Source: Octopus sinensis (taxonomy: Eukaryota). Taken from it: 64,000 nt of DNA. The position numbers were made by a program, and so were the translations under genes. Shown piece after piece: positions 1-12,664 of the stretch. Within the stretch, counting starts at the first letter, position 1. Every line of letters begins with the position of its first letter. The notes beneath the pieces are model-generated. The model searched no databases and was not told where the DNA came from. It saw only the letters and a list, made by a program, of their open reading frames with translations. The stretch covers positions 49,791 to 113,790 of the forward strand of contig NW_021832536.1 of the NCBI RefSeq assembly GCF_006345805.1, in the 5' to 3' direction.

Positions 1-194
1 AGGGGTCAACTGTTCATGAGGTTTGGCTACTTTGTGGCCTTTCAACAACTGAATCTGTTCACAACGAGAGGAAGACGAAATTCCCTGGTGATTGACTCGT
101 TTCATATTTGTGCCTTGCTGATCGGTAGTAATAAGGCAGTGGGCTGGTTGAATCATCAGTGTACCCGACTAAATACTTAGCGGTATTTCTTCCG

Positions 195-900
195 GTGGCG
201 AGCTGGCAGAATCGTTAGCACGCCGGGCGAAATGCGTAGCCGTATTTCGACTGCCGTTACGTTCTGAGTTCAAATTCCGGCGAGGTCGACTTTGCCTTTC
301 ATCCTTTCGGGGTCGATAAATTAAGTACCAGGTACACACTGGGGTCGATGTAATCGACTTAATCCATTTGTCTGTCCTTGTTTGTCCTCTCTGTGTTTAG
401 CCCCTTGTGGGTAGTAAAGAAATAGGTATTTCGTCTGCCGTTACGTTTTGAGTTCAAATTCCGCCGTGGTTGACTTTGCCTTCCATCCTTTCGGGGTCGA
501 TAAATTAAGTACCAGTTACGCACTAGGGTCGATATAATCGACTTAATGTGTGTCTGTCCTTGTTTGTCCCCTCTGTCTTTAGCCCCTTGTGGGTAGTAAA
601 GAAATAGGTATTTCGTCTGCCGTTACTTTCTGAGTTCAAATTCCGCCGAGGTCGACTTTTGCCTTTCATCCTTTCGGGGTTGATTAAATCCGTTTGTCTG
701 TCCTTGTTTGTCCCCTCTGTGTTTAGCCCCTTGTGGGCAATAAAGAAACAGGTATTTCTTCCGGCTATACGTTCTGAATTCAAATTCGGTTGAGGTCGAC
801 TCTGCCTCTTCCCCTTTCGAGGTTGAACCCCCCCCCCCCCCCAAAAGTACCTGTCGGGTACTGGAGTCGATCTAATCGACTAGCCCCAACCCTCAAGAAT
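195..900 (+). mobile_element. SINE family B: one head followed by tandem ~184-bp body units
   Basis: Head GAGCTGGCAGAATCGTTAGCACGCCGGGCG, then GTATTTCG...GTTCAAATTCCGCCGAGGTCGACTTTGCCTTTCATCCTTTCGGGGTCGAT units at 242, 426, 608; core resembles the Meta/Sauria SINE central domain (recalled, unverified). Confidence 0.8.
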
Positions 901-2698
901 TTCAGGCCTTGTCCTTCTTGATGAAATGATTGTTTACTAGTCTTAGTAAAAGCACTCCGTCGGTTACGACGACGAGGGTCCCTGCTGATACGATCAACGG
1001 AACAGCCTGCTCATGAAATTAACATGCAAAGTGACTGAGCAATCAACAGACATGCGTACCCCTAATGTAGTTCTCAGGGAGATTCAGAGTGACACAAAGT
1101 GTGACAAGGCCGGCTCTTTGAAATACAGGTACTACTCATTTTTGCCTGCTGAGTGGACTGGAGCAACGTAAAATAAAGTGTCTTGCTCAAGGACACAACA
1201 CGTCGCCGGGAATCGAACTCACGACCTTACAATCATGAGCCGAATGCCCTAACCACTAAGCCACGCGCCTTCAAGTCTTAGTAGTTGTCGGATTAATTGC
1301 CGAAGTGGTGGTGGTGGTGGTAGTCAGGCGAAGGCGGTAACATCAATGGTCGTAGTGATAACGAATAATACCAGCAGCATGGATAGTAACGGTTGTGGTA
1401 GTCGTGAGGAACAGTAAGAACGTTGTTGTTACTGTCTGTCGGTAGCGATGTGTTCAAGAACTTCTCTGTTTCTTCAGAATCGGACGTTGCTTATTTAGCG
1501 GAACCCAACACTTGAGATGGAGAATGGTTAAATTATAGTGGCAAGAGCAGCAGTAGCAGAAGCACCACCACCACCATCAACAACAAGTGAAAGAGAGAGA
1601 GAGCATTTTTATTCGAATTTTGCTATCGAAGTTAGGAAAAGTTGGTGGAAAAAAAAAGTTAGGCAATTACCAAAAGTTAGAGAATTAAATTTGAAGCACA
1701 ACAACATGATGATGATGATATGATGATGACGATGGGGATGCTGACGAAGACGACGACGATAATGATGATGATGATGACGGTGATAACTTAAGAAGTTGGA
1801 ACAGAAAACTTTTCCACGCGAAGTTTTAAGGGAGACCACGTCGAGATATGTGGAAACTGTTGAAAGAAACTACTAGATTCTGGATTATTTCCTAACAAAA
1901 GAAACTCGATTTTACTTACACACTTACTTCTTCTTCCTCTTCTTCTTCTCACTACTACTACTACTGAAAACTTTGACCTAAATTATTTAAAGTTTAAGGG
2001 ACAATTACACACATTATCATATGTTCTTTCAAATTTATAGTTTTCATATTTTCTCTTTAATTTGAAAATAAGATAAAACTCTTTCGAAAATTTCAATTAA
2101 GAATTTCGTTGCGTACTGCATTCAAAGTACATCTCTTTAAAAGTACAAAAGGGAACTTTGTTTTTATCCACGGACCTACCGAAATACAATGTGATGTGAA
2201 GTCGTATGAACTGGAAAATTACAAGGCTTTCTTATAAATAGTGAAATTAGCTTCCAAAAATTCATCTTGGATTTGATAAACTTTTCTAATTTAAATATCT
2301 ACAAAAAGAAAATCAAATAAAATGGTATAGAATTAATAAATATCGTTTCCCTTCTGTATATATTGGTAAAGAAGGAAGTTGTATTAATTTAAATGATTGT
2401 CAATAAAAGTTATTTTTGTGTGTGTGTGTGTCTGTAAAAAAAAACTGTTATAAACTCAAATACATTTATTACAACACACGACAAAAATAACAGTTGGAAA
2501 AGATAATATCTTTTTTTTTTCATTAATTCCGACCAACTTCAAAAACACCGAAAAAGTACAAAAATAAAAAATAAAAAAGGAAAAGAAGAGAAAAGAACTT
2601 TTAAAACCTCTTCCGGTTTATTTATGAACTTTGAGGATTTCAGTTGCTCCCTTACTACTTTCTTTCTACCCGACTTAGCTTTCAGCTATACGGGTATC

Positions 2699-2734
2699 AT
2701 GCAGTTTGATCTGAAGTCAGATATCGAGATATGA
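2699..2734 (+). promoter_or_regulatory. 11-codon upstream ORF whose TGA overlaps the smo start (ATGA)
   Basis: ATG at 2699 reads MQFDLKSDIEI*, stop at 2732-2734 inside ATGATG; inclusion in the mRNA is assumed. Confidence 0.45.
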
Positions 2735-3201
2735 TGAACGGGTTGATAGTTTTCGAAGTTATCTTGTTATCATGTGTAGTGGTTTCCCTGATGACCCCTA
2801 CTTCTGTCCCACCTGACTGTACGTTTCGCGTCGACGCATGCGAACCTTTGAAAAGCAATGTTTGTTTAGGGGCCCAAGTTGACTTCACTCATACATCAAC
2901 CGTATTTCTGAGAAACGGCGATAACGACAGTTCGACCGTGACACAAGAAGAGATTCAACAGAAGTTACAACTATGGAAGGGACTCCAGAATTTCCACAAG
3001 TGTTGGTCGGTGGTCCAGCATCTCTTGTGTTCGGTCTATGTACCGAAATGCGATCCGAACACGTCTAAAGTTGAATATCCCAGTCGCGAGTGGTGCCAAA
3101 GCGCCGAAAAACAATGTAGAATTGTAGAGACTTTTAACAAGAATCAGGGATGGCCATCCTTCCTACGATGTCAGGCCAATCACTTTAAGGAATCGTGTAA
3201 G
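2731..3201 (+). CDS. smo: Smoothened coding exon 1: signal peptide and cysteine-rich domain (CRD)
   Basis: Hydrophobic N-terminus, then CEPLKSNVCLG...KLQLWKGLQNFHKCWSVVQHLLCSVYVPKC...GWPSFLRC with the 10 Smo CRD cysteines; ends AAG|gtaagt, phase 0. Confidence 0.96.
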
Positions 3202-3599
3202 GTAAGTTTTCTTTTCTTTTCTTTATTCTATATCTTTAAAAAAGTTTTCTAAATATGTCTCACAGATGTAAAACAGATCTATATACCCGTTAGATATATC
3301 TATCTAATCAACTATCTGATATCCATCTAAACGCTCTCTTTACATATATATATCTAGCCGTCTGTCTATCTTTCTATCTGTTCGTCCGTCTCTCAGGCTA
3401 TCAGTCTTTCTATATCTCTTCATCTTTCTGTATGCATGTAAATTATGTCTCATATTAAACCTATTACAGAGAGGGTCTCCACCACAAGGTTACTATCTTC
3501 CTCATTTATGAGACATTTTCTAGGGAAGGAGATGACTACTAAATGAACTTATTGTATACAGTGCTCAGGTGCACTACAAGTATTTACAGTTTACCCTGT

Positions 3600-3900
3600 G
3601 AAGGTGCATGGCTCAGTGGTTAGAGCGCCAGGCTCACAATCATGAGGTAGTGAGTTCTATTCCTGGACTGGACTGGGGCTGTGTTGTGTTCTTGAGCAAG
3701 ACACTTCATTTCATATTGCTTCAGTTCACTCATCTGTAGAAATGAATTGCGACGTGACCGGTGCCAAGCTGTATCGGCCCCTTTGCTTTTCCTTTAGACA
3801 ACATCAGTGGTGTGGAGAGGCAAGGCTGGTATGCATAGGTGACAGCTGGCCTTCCATAAACAACCTTGCCTGGATTTGTGCCTCAGAGTGTAACCTTCAT
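3600..3900 (+). mobile_element. tRNA-headed SINE family F
   Basis: Head TGGCTCAGTGGTTAGAGCG...TTGAGCAAGACACTT; body is the reverse complement of the duplicated 47488-47875 segments. Confidence 0.7.
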
Positions 3901-3959
3901 GCTGCATTTCCATGATCATTTGGGATTGAAGGGCTCTCTACTTAGCAGTTTACCATACT

Positions 3960-4520
3960 CTTTTACTTGTTTCAGTCATTTGACTGCGGCCATGCTGGAG
4001 CACCGCCTTTAGTCGAGGAAATTGACCCCCCAGGACTTATTCTTTCTAAGCCTAATACTTATTCTATCGATCTCTTTTGCCGAACCGCTAAGTTATGGGG
4101 ATGTAAACACACCAGCATTGGTTGTCAAGCGATGTTGGAGGGGACAAACACAGGCACACAAACACACACATATATATACATATATACGACGGGCTTCTTT
4201 CAGTTTCTGTCTACCAAATCCATTCACAAGGCTTTGGTCGGCCCGAGGCTATAGTAGAAGACACTTGCCCAATGTGCCATGCAGTGGGACTGAACCCGAA
4301 ACCATGTGGTTGGTAAGCAAGCTACTTACCACACAGTCACTTCTGCGCCTACATATATACGATGGGCTTCTTTCAGTTTCCGTCTACCAAATCCACTCGC
4401 AAGGCTTTGGTTGGCCCGAGGCTAGAGTAGAAGACACTTGCCCAAGGTGCCACGCAGTGGGACTGAACCCGAAACCATGTGGTTGGTAAGCAAGCTACTT
4501 ACCACACTGCCACTCCTATG
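3960..4520 (-). mobile_element. tRNA-derived SINE family A with duplicated head region
   Basis: Reverse complement of the head GCAGGAGTGGCTGTGTGGTAAGTAGCTTGCTTACCAACCACATGGTTCCGGGTTCAGTCCC (A/B-box-like) and an AAAAGAGT tail; possibly one of the described octopus tRNA SINEs, name not verified. Confidence 0.85.
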
Positions 4521-4951
4521 CCTGTGAACATAAAGGGAACAGCTGTTTAACAATTAAGTGATGTTGTTATTTGTGTCAACCTACTGAAGTAGGACTGGAA
4601 CCTGTTGTCAGCCAGGCAAACTGAAGCAAGTAGATTTTGTATTATCACCTTAGGTGCTTACCACTTAGCCACTCTTCTTCTGTGGTATGTTTGTGTATCG
4701 TCTTTGGTATGACTTTTAAACTGCATCTGGCAGCAGGGTCCTGATTTGGGAGTTCTAGGGCCTTTGAGGAGTGTGGCTGTGTGGCATAGGCTCTGGTGTG
4801 GCCATATGGTAAAAAGCTTACTTCGCAACCACATGGTTCTGGGTTCAGTCCCACTGCATGACATCTTGGCCAAGTGTCTTCTGCTATAGCCTCGGGCTGA
4901 CCAAGGCCTTGTGAGTTGATTTGGTTGACAGAAACTGAAAGAGGCCAGACT

Positions 4952-5003
<52 letters not shown>

Positions 5004-5051
5004 AAAGTTAAATGCGATACAATAAAATTAATTATAATCGCCGGTGTACCA

Positions 5052-5102
<51 letters not shown>

Positions 5103-6074
5103 TGTGATCACCGTGACCGACCAGGCTATCAGATGTTGCTACACATCGCTGGTCACTATGCGCTTCGCATTATTTTAGCCTTCATATGACGCCACCCCGC
5201 TGGCTAAGCGAGCAGGCCAACAGAAGAAAGAGTGAGAGAAAGTTGCAGTGAAAGAGTACAGCAGGGATCACCACCACCCCCTGCCGGAGCATTGTGGAGC
5301 TTTAGGTGTTTTCACTCAATAAACACTCACAACGCCTGGTCCGGGAATCGAAACTGCGATCCTATGACTGCGAGTCCGCTGCCCTAACCACTGGGCCATT
5401 TCGCCTTCACACACACACACACACACATATATACATATATATATATATGTATATATACATATGTATAGGGAGAATTCACAAAAGACGAAGACAGGTGGTG
5501 TAGACAACAAACAGATGTATCAGTTTAATTCTCAGGAAGTGAGAAAGTCTTTAACGTTTCGAGCCTATGCTCTTCCACAGAAAGAAACAAAGAGAGAAAA
5601 TAAAGAATGTGTGTGTGTGTGTACAATGGAAATGGGATGGTAATAATGTTCAATGCTGAAATTGTGTGAGTATATGTATGTGTGTGTATGTACAAGAGAA
5701 CTATGTGAAACCTTACATACACATTTAAAGTGTGGAGGCTCATGGCCTAGTGGTTAGAGCAGCGGACTCGCGGTTGAGGGATCGCGGGTTCGAATCTCAG
5801 ACCGGGTGATGTATGTGTTTATGAGTGAAACACCTAAGGTCCATGCGGCTCTGGCAGATGGTAATGGCAAACTTCTGCTGACTCTTTTGCCACAACTTTC
5901 TCTCACTCTTTCCTTCTGCATCTTGTAGCTCACCTGCGACGGACTGGCGTCCCGTCCAGGTGTAGAACCCAGATGCCAAGGAAACCGGGAAACTGGCCCT
6001 AATGAGCTAGGTGTGGCTCGAGAAGGAACAAACAACATGTAAATTAAAAAAAAATTGGAAAAATAATCCAGAAA

Positions 6075-6255
6075 CCTTGTCCAGTACCGGATCGATCCCA
6101 AAATCTAATCAGTTTGTGCCAGCCACGAGGCCAAACATCCCTGGAAGTTTCATCGAAATCCCTCCAGCGGTTCTTGAGATATCTTGTCCATGGACAAACA
6201 AACAAACAAACACAACTGAAAACAATACCTTGGCCTTTGCTGAAGCAGAGGTAAT
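6075..6255. mobile_element. Probable non-autonomous DNA element remnant
   Basis: GGATCGATCC...AAGTTTCATCGAAATCC...ACAAACAAAC...GAAAACAATACC...GCAGAGGTAAT resembles common small interspersed elements; family not identified. Confidence 0.4.
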
Positions 6256-6257
6256 GA

Positions 6258-6695
6258 AATAAAATAAAGTAAAAAAGTAATAAAATAAAAAAGTAATAAA
6301 ATAAATAAAGTAATAAAAAAGTAATATAAAAAATAAAGTAATAAAAAATAAAAATGAAAAATAAAGTAATAAAAAAGTAATATAAAAAATAAAATAATAA
6401 AAAATAAAAATGAAAAATAAAGTAATAAAAAAGTAATATAAAAAATAAAATAATAAAGTAATAAAAAATAAAAATGAAAAATAAAGTAATAAAAAAAAAA
6501 GTAATAAAAAAATAAAGTAATAAAAAAAAAAATGAAAAATAAGTAATAAAAAGTAATAAAAAATAAAAATAAAGTAATAAAAAATAAAAATGAAAAATAA
6601 AGTAATAAAAAAGTAATATAAAAAATAAAGTAAAAAAGTAATAAAAGTAATAAAATAAAAAAGTATTAAAAAAACTAATAAAGTAAAAAATCATT
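6258..6695. repeat. A-rich degenerate tandem repeat (AAAATAAAGTAAT-like) just upstream of exon 2
   Basis: Nearly C-free A/T/G low-complexity run with recurring AAAAATAAAGTAATAAAA. Confidence 0.9.
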
Positions 6696-6734
6696 TACTT
6701 ATGGAATGTTGTTGTTTTTATATTTTTTCTGCAG

Positions 6735-6947
6735 AATACTGGTTACCAGAAAGTGACCTTCAACAGTACGGGTGTGTGCAGTTGGCCCCTCATAAATACC
6801 AATAACTCTGCCACTTGGTACGGCGACATAGAAGGCTGTGGTCTGCAATGCAAGAACCCGCTCTACACAGACAGGCAACACAACCAGGTCCACGTCTTCA
6901 TTGCTGTTCTGGGGACCCTTTCGTTGTTGTCTTCTTTGTTCACCGTG
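6735..6947 (+). CDS. smo: Smoothened exon 2: linker domain and TM1
   Basis: ttttttctgcag|AAT acceptor; NTGYQKVTFNSTGVCSWPL...WYGDIEGCGLQCKNPLYT...LFTV; GTG|gtgagt donor; 213 nt, phase 0-0. Confidence 0.96.
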
Positions 6948-6958
6948 GTGAGTTTATA

Positions 6959-6990
<32 letters not shown>

Positions 6991-8022
6991 CACTACTACT
7001 ACTACTACTGTGCATGCATAATACAATAATGGTGATGTTCTTAACTGTTATATGGGAATGTAAATATGTTTGCAAATTGTTTTTGTTACATGTTATTCTG
7101 TGTTCTGAATACTCAAGTTATGGATGATTCTTTTATGACTTCATTGCTTTCAGGCTTAGCTTAAGGTATTTTCGCGCCCGACATCACAAAATGCATCTGA
7201 ATAAACATTGCCGGACAGCAAATAGAGACTCGGACATTGCTTAGGAAATAATTTTCATTTTTAACCACTAGGGATTTTGACCTTTAAATTTTGGGGAAAA
7301 AATGCGGATTATACTCGAGGATTTACGGTATTTACAACCAAGTGGATTGGAGCAGTGTTAAATGAAGCAATTTTTACAACACAATGCACTGTAATGCACT
7401 GCCTAGTTCAGGAATTGAAACTGTGATCTTATCATTGTGAGTGCAACACCCTAATCACTTGGTCACACTCCTTCACTTCACATTGTACATCATCATCATT
7501 ATCGTTTAACGTCCGTTCTCCATGCTAGCATGGGTTATACGGTTCGACCGGGGATCTGGGAAGCCAGAAGGCTGCACCAGGCTCCGGTCTTATCTGGCAA
7601 TGTTTCTACAGCTGGATGCCCTTCCTAACGCCAACCACTCCGTGAGTGTAGTGGGTGCTTTTTACGTGCCACCTGCACTGGTGCCAGGCGAGGCTGGCAT
7701 CGGCCACAGTTGGATTGGTGCATTTTACGTGCCACCTGCACGGAAGCCAGTCGAGGCAGCACTGGCTTCGGCCACGATTCGGATGGTGCTTTTTACGTGC
7801 CACCGACACGGAAGCCAGTCGAGGCGGCGCTGGCATCGGCCATGATTCAGATAGTGCTTTTTACGTATCTCCAGTCCAGGGGTCCTGGCATCTGCCGGGT
7901 GCCAGTCATAGGATTGGTTCAATTTCGATTCCGATTTCGATTTATTTCTTGCTTAGATATTTCAACAAGTGTTAATGAAATCCTTGTCTCAAATGGTCAC
8001 TTTACTTGTTTCTTTCATTCAG

Positions 8023-8201
8023 CTAACCTTCCTGATCGACTGGAAGAATGCCAGCCGCTATCCTGCCCTCATCCTGTTTTTCATTAACATCTGCTTTGTG
8101 ATGGGCAGCATTGGATGGTTGGCCCAGTTTGCTGGAAATGCTCGAGAGGATATCGTATGTAATGCTGATAAAACTGTACGGATTGGTGAACCGCAACCAG
8201 G
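8023..8201 (+). CDS. smo: Smoothened exon 3: ICL1, TM2, ECL1
   Basis: tttcattcag|CTA; [36 protein letters not shown]...AREDIVC...RIGEPQP; GG|gtaagt; 179 nt, phase 0-2. Confidence 0.96.
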
Positions 8202-8874
8202 GTAAGTGATAGCTGATATAGGGGGTTTCTGGGTCTATTCATGTGGTTGGGTAACATCAGATTTTTTTCCCCCCCTCATTTTACTTGCTGGGATGATTTT
8301 GAGGAAGGGATGGTTCCCATGATCTTTGGAGTCATCGTCGCCGCCACCACCACCACGACCACCCAATAATAATAACTGCCCTGATGGGATACAGCAAATA
8401 TTCTACACAATATCACAGATTTACTTGTCAGTTGTTTGACCGTAACCAGTTGAGCATGTCCCTCAGTGGCTGACGACATGTACATCTCTGATCACGAGCA
8501 GAAGTAGTGGGGAAGCATCATAGCCATGTGTTGAGAGGGTTTCTTTGGGGTTTGAATAATTCTCCTCTGGAAACATGGGTGTTTTGTTCAACATCCTTAC
8601 ACAACCCTTATTCAGGGACCTTTTGAGCGGGATGGGTTACTCGAGCAGAAGAAAATTTTAACTGGGCTCCACCCGCAAGGTTATGCGCTGTTTATCTTGA
8701 TTTGAGATCACCTTGTCTGCGCACAACATATGGTTGTGATGCATGTGACTGGTGTACCCTTATCAGACAGGTAGTCGTGATGGGTATATTGGGCTTCGTA
8801 TATTTTACCCCAGTGTCACTTTGATGGCATGCACTGCTCTCTCACTCAATAATAATAATAATAATAATTAATTC

Positions 8875-9265
8875 GTTTATTGGCCACAAGGGCTAACAAA
8901 AATCAATTAAAACATAAAGGGACAAAACACAGGACGAAAGTTACAAAGGGTTTTGTCCGTTTGAAAAAAAGGTCCGTGTACAAAAGCAGGATAACAACGA
9001 AATACAAGTAACAATTAAAACTCCCAATAGGGGGAGGTGCTTCGAAAGGTTTCTCGTGGAAAAACCCATAAAAGCCATGGGAGCCTGGTCAAAAGTTGGG
9101 TAGAGAGCCCTTTTCTCCTTTTGTATTTCCTTTTAATTCTCACAGGTGTATCCTCAGAATTGGTCCGTTCATACTGGCCATTCTTCCGACATTCACCCAC
9201 CTTTCAATAAATTTGCTACGAAACAGCTCTTCCCTCTCTACTCTCATCTTCCTTTTCAAGTGGAA
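8875..9265 (-). mobile_element. L1/Tx1-like LINE 3' fragment
   Basis: Minus strand reads FHLKRKMRVEREELFRSKFIERWVNVGRM, then AATAAA and an (ATT/ATTA)n tail; second copy at 43390-43765; clade assignment recalled, unverified. Confidence 0.55.
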
Positions 9266-9681
9266 TGATAATCATCATCATCATCATCGTTTAACGTCCG
9301 CTTTCCATGCTAGCATGGGTTGGACAGTTTTGACTGAGGGCTGGGAAGCCCGAAGGCTGCACCAGGCCAGTCAGATCTGGCGGTGTTTCTACAGCTGGAT
9401 GCCCTTCCTAACGCTAACCACTCCGTGAGTGTAGTGGGTGCTTTTTATGTGTCACCGACACAGGTGCCAGACGAGGCTGGCAAACGGCCACGCTCGGATG
9501 GTGTTTGTTATGTGCCACCGGCATGGAGGCCAGTCGATGCGGTGCTGGCTATGTCCACGTTCGGATGGTTCTCTTATGTGCCACCGGCACTGGTACCACA
9601 AACTACAAATTCCATTGATGTGGATCGATTTTGATTCTGATTTGATTCTTTGATTCTTTGATTTTGATTTTCACTTGCCTC

Positions 9682-9714
<33 letters not shown>

Positions 9715-9743
9715 TCTTGTTTTTGTTATTGTTGTTTTTGCAG

Positions 9744-9963
9744 TTCTGGTGAGAGTGCTTCCTGCAGCATCATATTCCTCCTCATCTACTATTTCACAAT
9801 GGCTGGCGTTGTCTGGTTTGTCATGCTCTCCTACGCCTGGCACACAACATTCAAGGCCCTTGGTACACCCCGTGACATACTCAGTGGTAAAACTGCCTAT
9901 TTCCACATCATTTCGTGGTGTGTCCCTTTGGTGCTCTCCATCACCTGCCTTGCATCTTCAGAA
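9744..9963 (+). CDS. smo: Smoothened exon 4: TM3 and TM4
   Basis: gtttttgcag|T; SCSIIFLLIYYFTMAGVVWFVMLSYAWHTTFKALGT...KTAYFHIISWCVP; GAA|gtaagt; 220 nt, phase 2-0. Confidence 0.96.
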
Positions 9964-10260
9964 GTAAGTTCATCTTTCATTCGAGATTTTCATGTTTCCC
10001 AAGGGAATATTTAACCCTTTTTGGTACCATATTTCTTTTTTTTTTTTGAAAAAAACCCTCTTTATTTCAATTAATTTTTAAATTAATGAAGTATAGGCGT
10101 AGGAGTGGCTGTGTGGTAAGTAGCTTGCTTACCAACAACATGGTTCTGGGTTCAGTTCCACTGTGTGGCACCTTAGACAAGTGTCTTCTACTATAGCCTC
10201 GGGCTGACCAAAGCCATGTGAGTGGATTTGGTAGAGGGAAACTGAAAGAAGCCTGTCACA

Positions 10261-10300
<40 letters not shown>

Positions 10301-10407
10301 CTGCTCGCTTAGCCAGTGGGGTGGCGTCATTCGAAGGGTAAAACAATGCAAACGCATTTTGACCAGCGATGTGTAGCAACATCTGATGGTCTGGTCGGTC
10401 ATGTGAT

Positions 10408-10449
<42 letters not shown>

Positions 10450-10859
10450 CAAAGTGGAGTTGTAAGGTACCGCACGAGTGGAATTATATATGAAAGAAGG
10501 TTTGAAAATGCAATTTTAAAAGATGTTTATTTACTTTACCAGTTTCACTTTTTTAGAAAAAGATTGTCAAAAGTAACATGTAAAAGCTTTGTTGTGTTAG
10601 GTACTGGTTGTCACAAACTATTACAATACATATATACATTCTTTGATAATAAGAACATGTTAAAAACAGTTTACAAGGGAAAATCTTGGGAAAATATAAA
10701 AAAGTTTAACAAGTTCATTAAAATATTGGGCACAAAAGATTACAATATATATATATATATACATTCTCAAGAAAATGTTAAAGATAGTTTCCAGAAGGAA
10801 TTATTAAAAAGTTCAGTGGAATATTGGTATTGTTATCAACCACCTCACCAACAACAACA

Positions 10860-11071
10860 CTGAACACCTTTTTGATCTCCATGTGTCTAACACACGTGGA
10901 CATGCCTACAAAGTCAGAAAACAACACAGCTCCCATGACTTTCGGAAACATTTTTTCACCCTCAGAGTTGCTGAAGCATGGAATAAACTGCCTGCGTCAG
11001 TTGTTGACTGCCATGACACTGCATCCTTTAAGGCCCTCATGCTTTCCGAAATCCGCCGAAACTACACCTGA
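10860..11071 (+). mobile_element. CR1/L2-like LINE ORF2 3' fragment with (ATT)n tail
   Basis: NTRGHAYKVRKQ...FRKHFFTLRVAEAWNKLP, the typical CR1-group C-terminal motif; similar relic at 49620-49730 (RVADLWNKLP). Confidence 0.8.
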
Positions 11072-11115
11072 TTATATATACACTTGAGTTGTGGTGCACC
11101 TGAGCACTGTACACA

Positions 11116-11169
<54 letters not shown>

Positions 11170-11869
11170 GTATCTGTATATATATATATATACACACCCA
11201 GAATATTATAAGTTCAAAAAAGTTTACATTTTAGTTGTAGGGTAGCTTAAACTGACCTGGTGAACCAGCCATTACTGAATCACCTGTGTTCAGTTGTTCC
11301 ATTCCTGGTTAATTATCTGTTAATTATTAGACATAATTATAACTGTATCATAACGACACTAGCAGCAGAGTGCAATTGATCAAAATTACTTAACCTATAC
11401 TTCTTACAGACATTCTGATGTACCCATTCATAAAAGGTATGTTGTTTAACTTGCGTTCACCTTTTGTTTACCTTCTGTTTACCATCCGCTTACCTTCTGT
11501 TCATCTTCCCTTGCTTTTGGTTTTCCTTATCCAGGCTCGACACATCTTCTTCTGCAATGCCTATGTTTTTTTTTTACTTTTGGCTTTGCTCTCTGCTTCT
11601 TTATGGGGTATGGGCTGTTTTAGCACAGCTGTTTTGGCGCAGCTGTTTTGGTGCTGCCCTTTTGGCGCAGCTGAGTTGATGATGACTTATTTGACATCAG
11701 ATGTTTTAATGTTTTTCTCTATTTTTCCTACTCACCTCTCTTTCTCTCGTTATGTGTATTAGGGAGAAGGAAGGTGTTTATGTCAGACTTGTGCAATAAA
11801 TCAAAATGTCTCTTTCTTTTTCTCACTTTCTCTACTTATGTGTATATTTCTGTTTGTATGTATATGAGT

Positions 11870-12180
11870 GTGTTTATGTATGTTGTGTGTGTGTGTGTTT
11901 ATGTGTGCGTGTTTGTGTGTGTGTATGTTTATGTGTGTGTGTGTTTGCGTGCACTTGTGTGTATGTATGTGTGAGTGTGTATTTGTGTGTGTGTTTGTGT
12001 GTGTGTGTATGCTTGTGTGTGTATATGTTTATGTGTGTGTTTGTGTGGACTTGTGTGTATGTTTGGTGTGTATTTGTGTGTGTGTGTATATTTATGTGTG
12101 TGTTTGTGTGTGTGTGTGTATTTGTGTGTGTGTTTGTGTATGTATGTGTGAGTGTGTATTTGTGTGTGTGCATGTGTTTG
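11870..12180. repeat. (TG)-rich degenerate microsatellite
   Basis: Direct reading. Confidence 0.92.
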
Positions 12181-12664
12181 CCTCCAGGGCCCAACTCTAC
12201 TATCACCAAAACAGATTGATTATCCAATCAGCTGTGCCAAGTTGTCAGCATCCAAACAGCCACGCCCTTCATCTCATTCCAATTCCTAATATATATTACC
12301 CTGGTCTTGACACCCAACTCCCCCCTCTACCAGTGCCCACCTTTAGCTCCCACTCTCCTTCTCTAATCTTGTGAACTCACCCACCCACCCACTCACCCTC
12401 TCCAATCCCCAGTCCACTACACTATACACACCACCCTGTACCTTAGGTGTACTGCTCTGACCCCCGTCCCTACCTCCCTTACTCCACCATCTTTCTCTCT
12501 CTCCCTCCGCCTCTTTTTCTCTTTTTCTCTCTCCTTCTCCCCCTCTCTGATGTAGTCATGTTTCTCTTCTAATGAAAGACATTTTTCTGTCCTTCAATGC
12601 TATCCCCCACTCCCTAGTTAAGGGAGCAGGGGATAGCAACTGCAAGTTATTCAGTGACCAAGTG

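Noticed and set aside
3202-3252. ORF-track extensions of smo exons (also 44027-44136, 27009-27321, and upstream of 8023, 9744, 23155)
   Set aside because: Read-through into introns; homology stops at the canonical splice sites
3967-4489. Recurrent 60-160 aa ORFs such as FDCGHAGAPP and GFGRPEAIVEDTCP
   Set aside because: The same peptides recur at every family A SINE copy; non-coding repeat
6044-6694. 216-aa F/Y/I/L-rich ORF resembling a membrane protein
   Set aside because: Reverse translation of the A-rich repeat
10564-10863. 99-aa Lys-rich ORF
   Set aside because: AT-rich sequence interrupted by (TA)n with no recognisable motif; possibly a retroelement relic but not supportable
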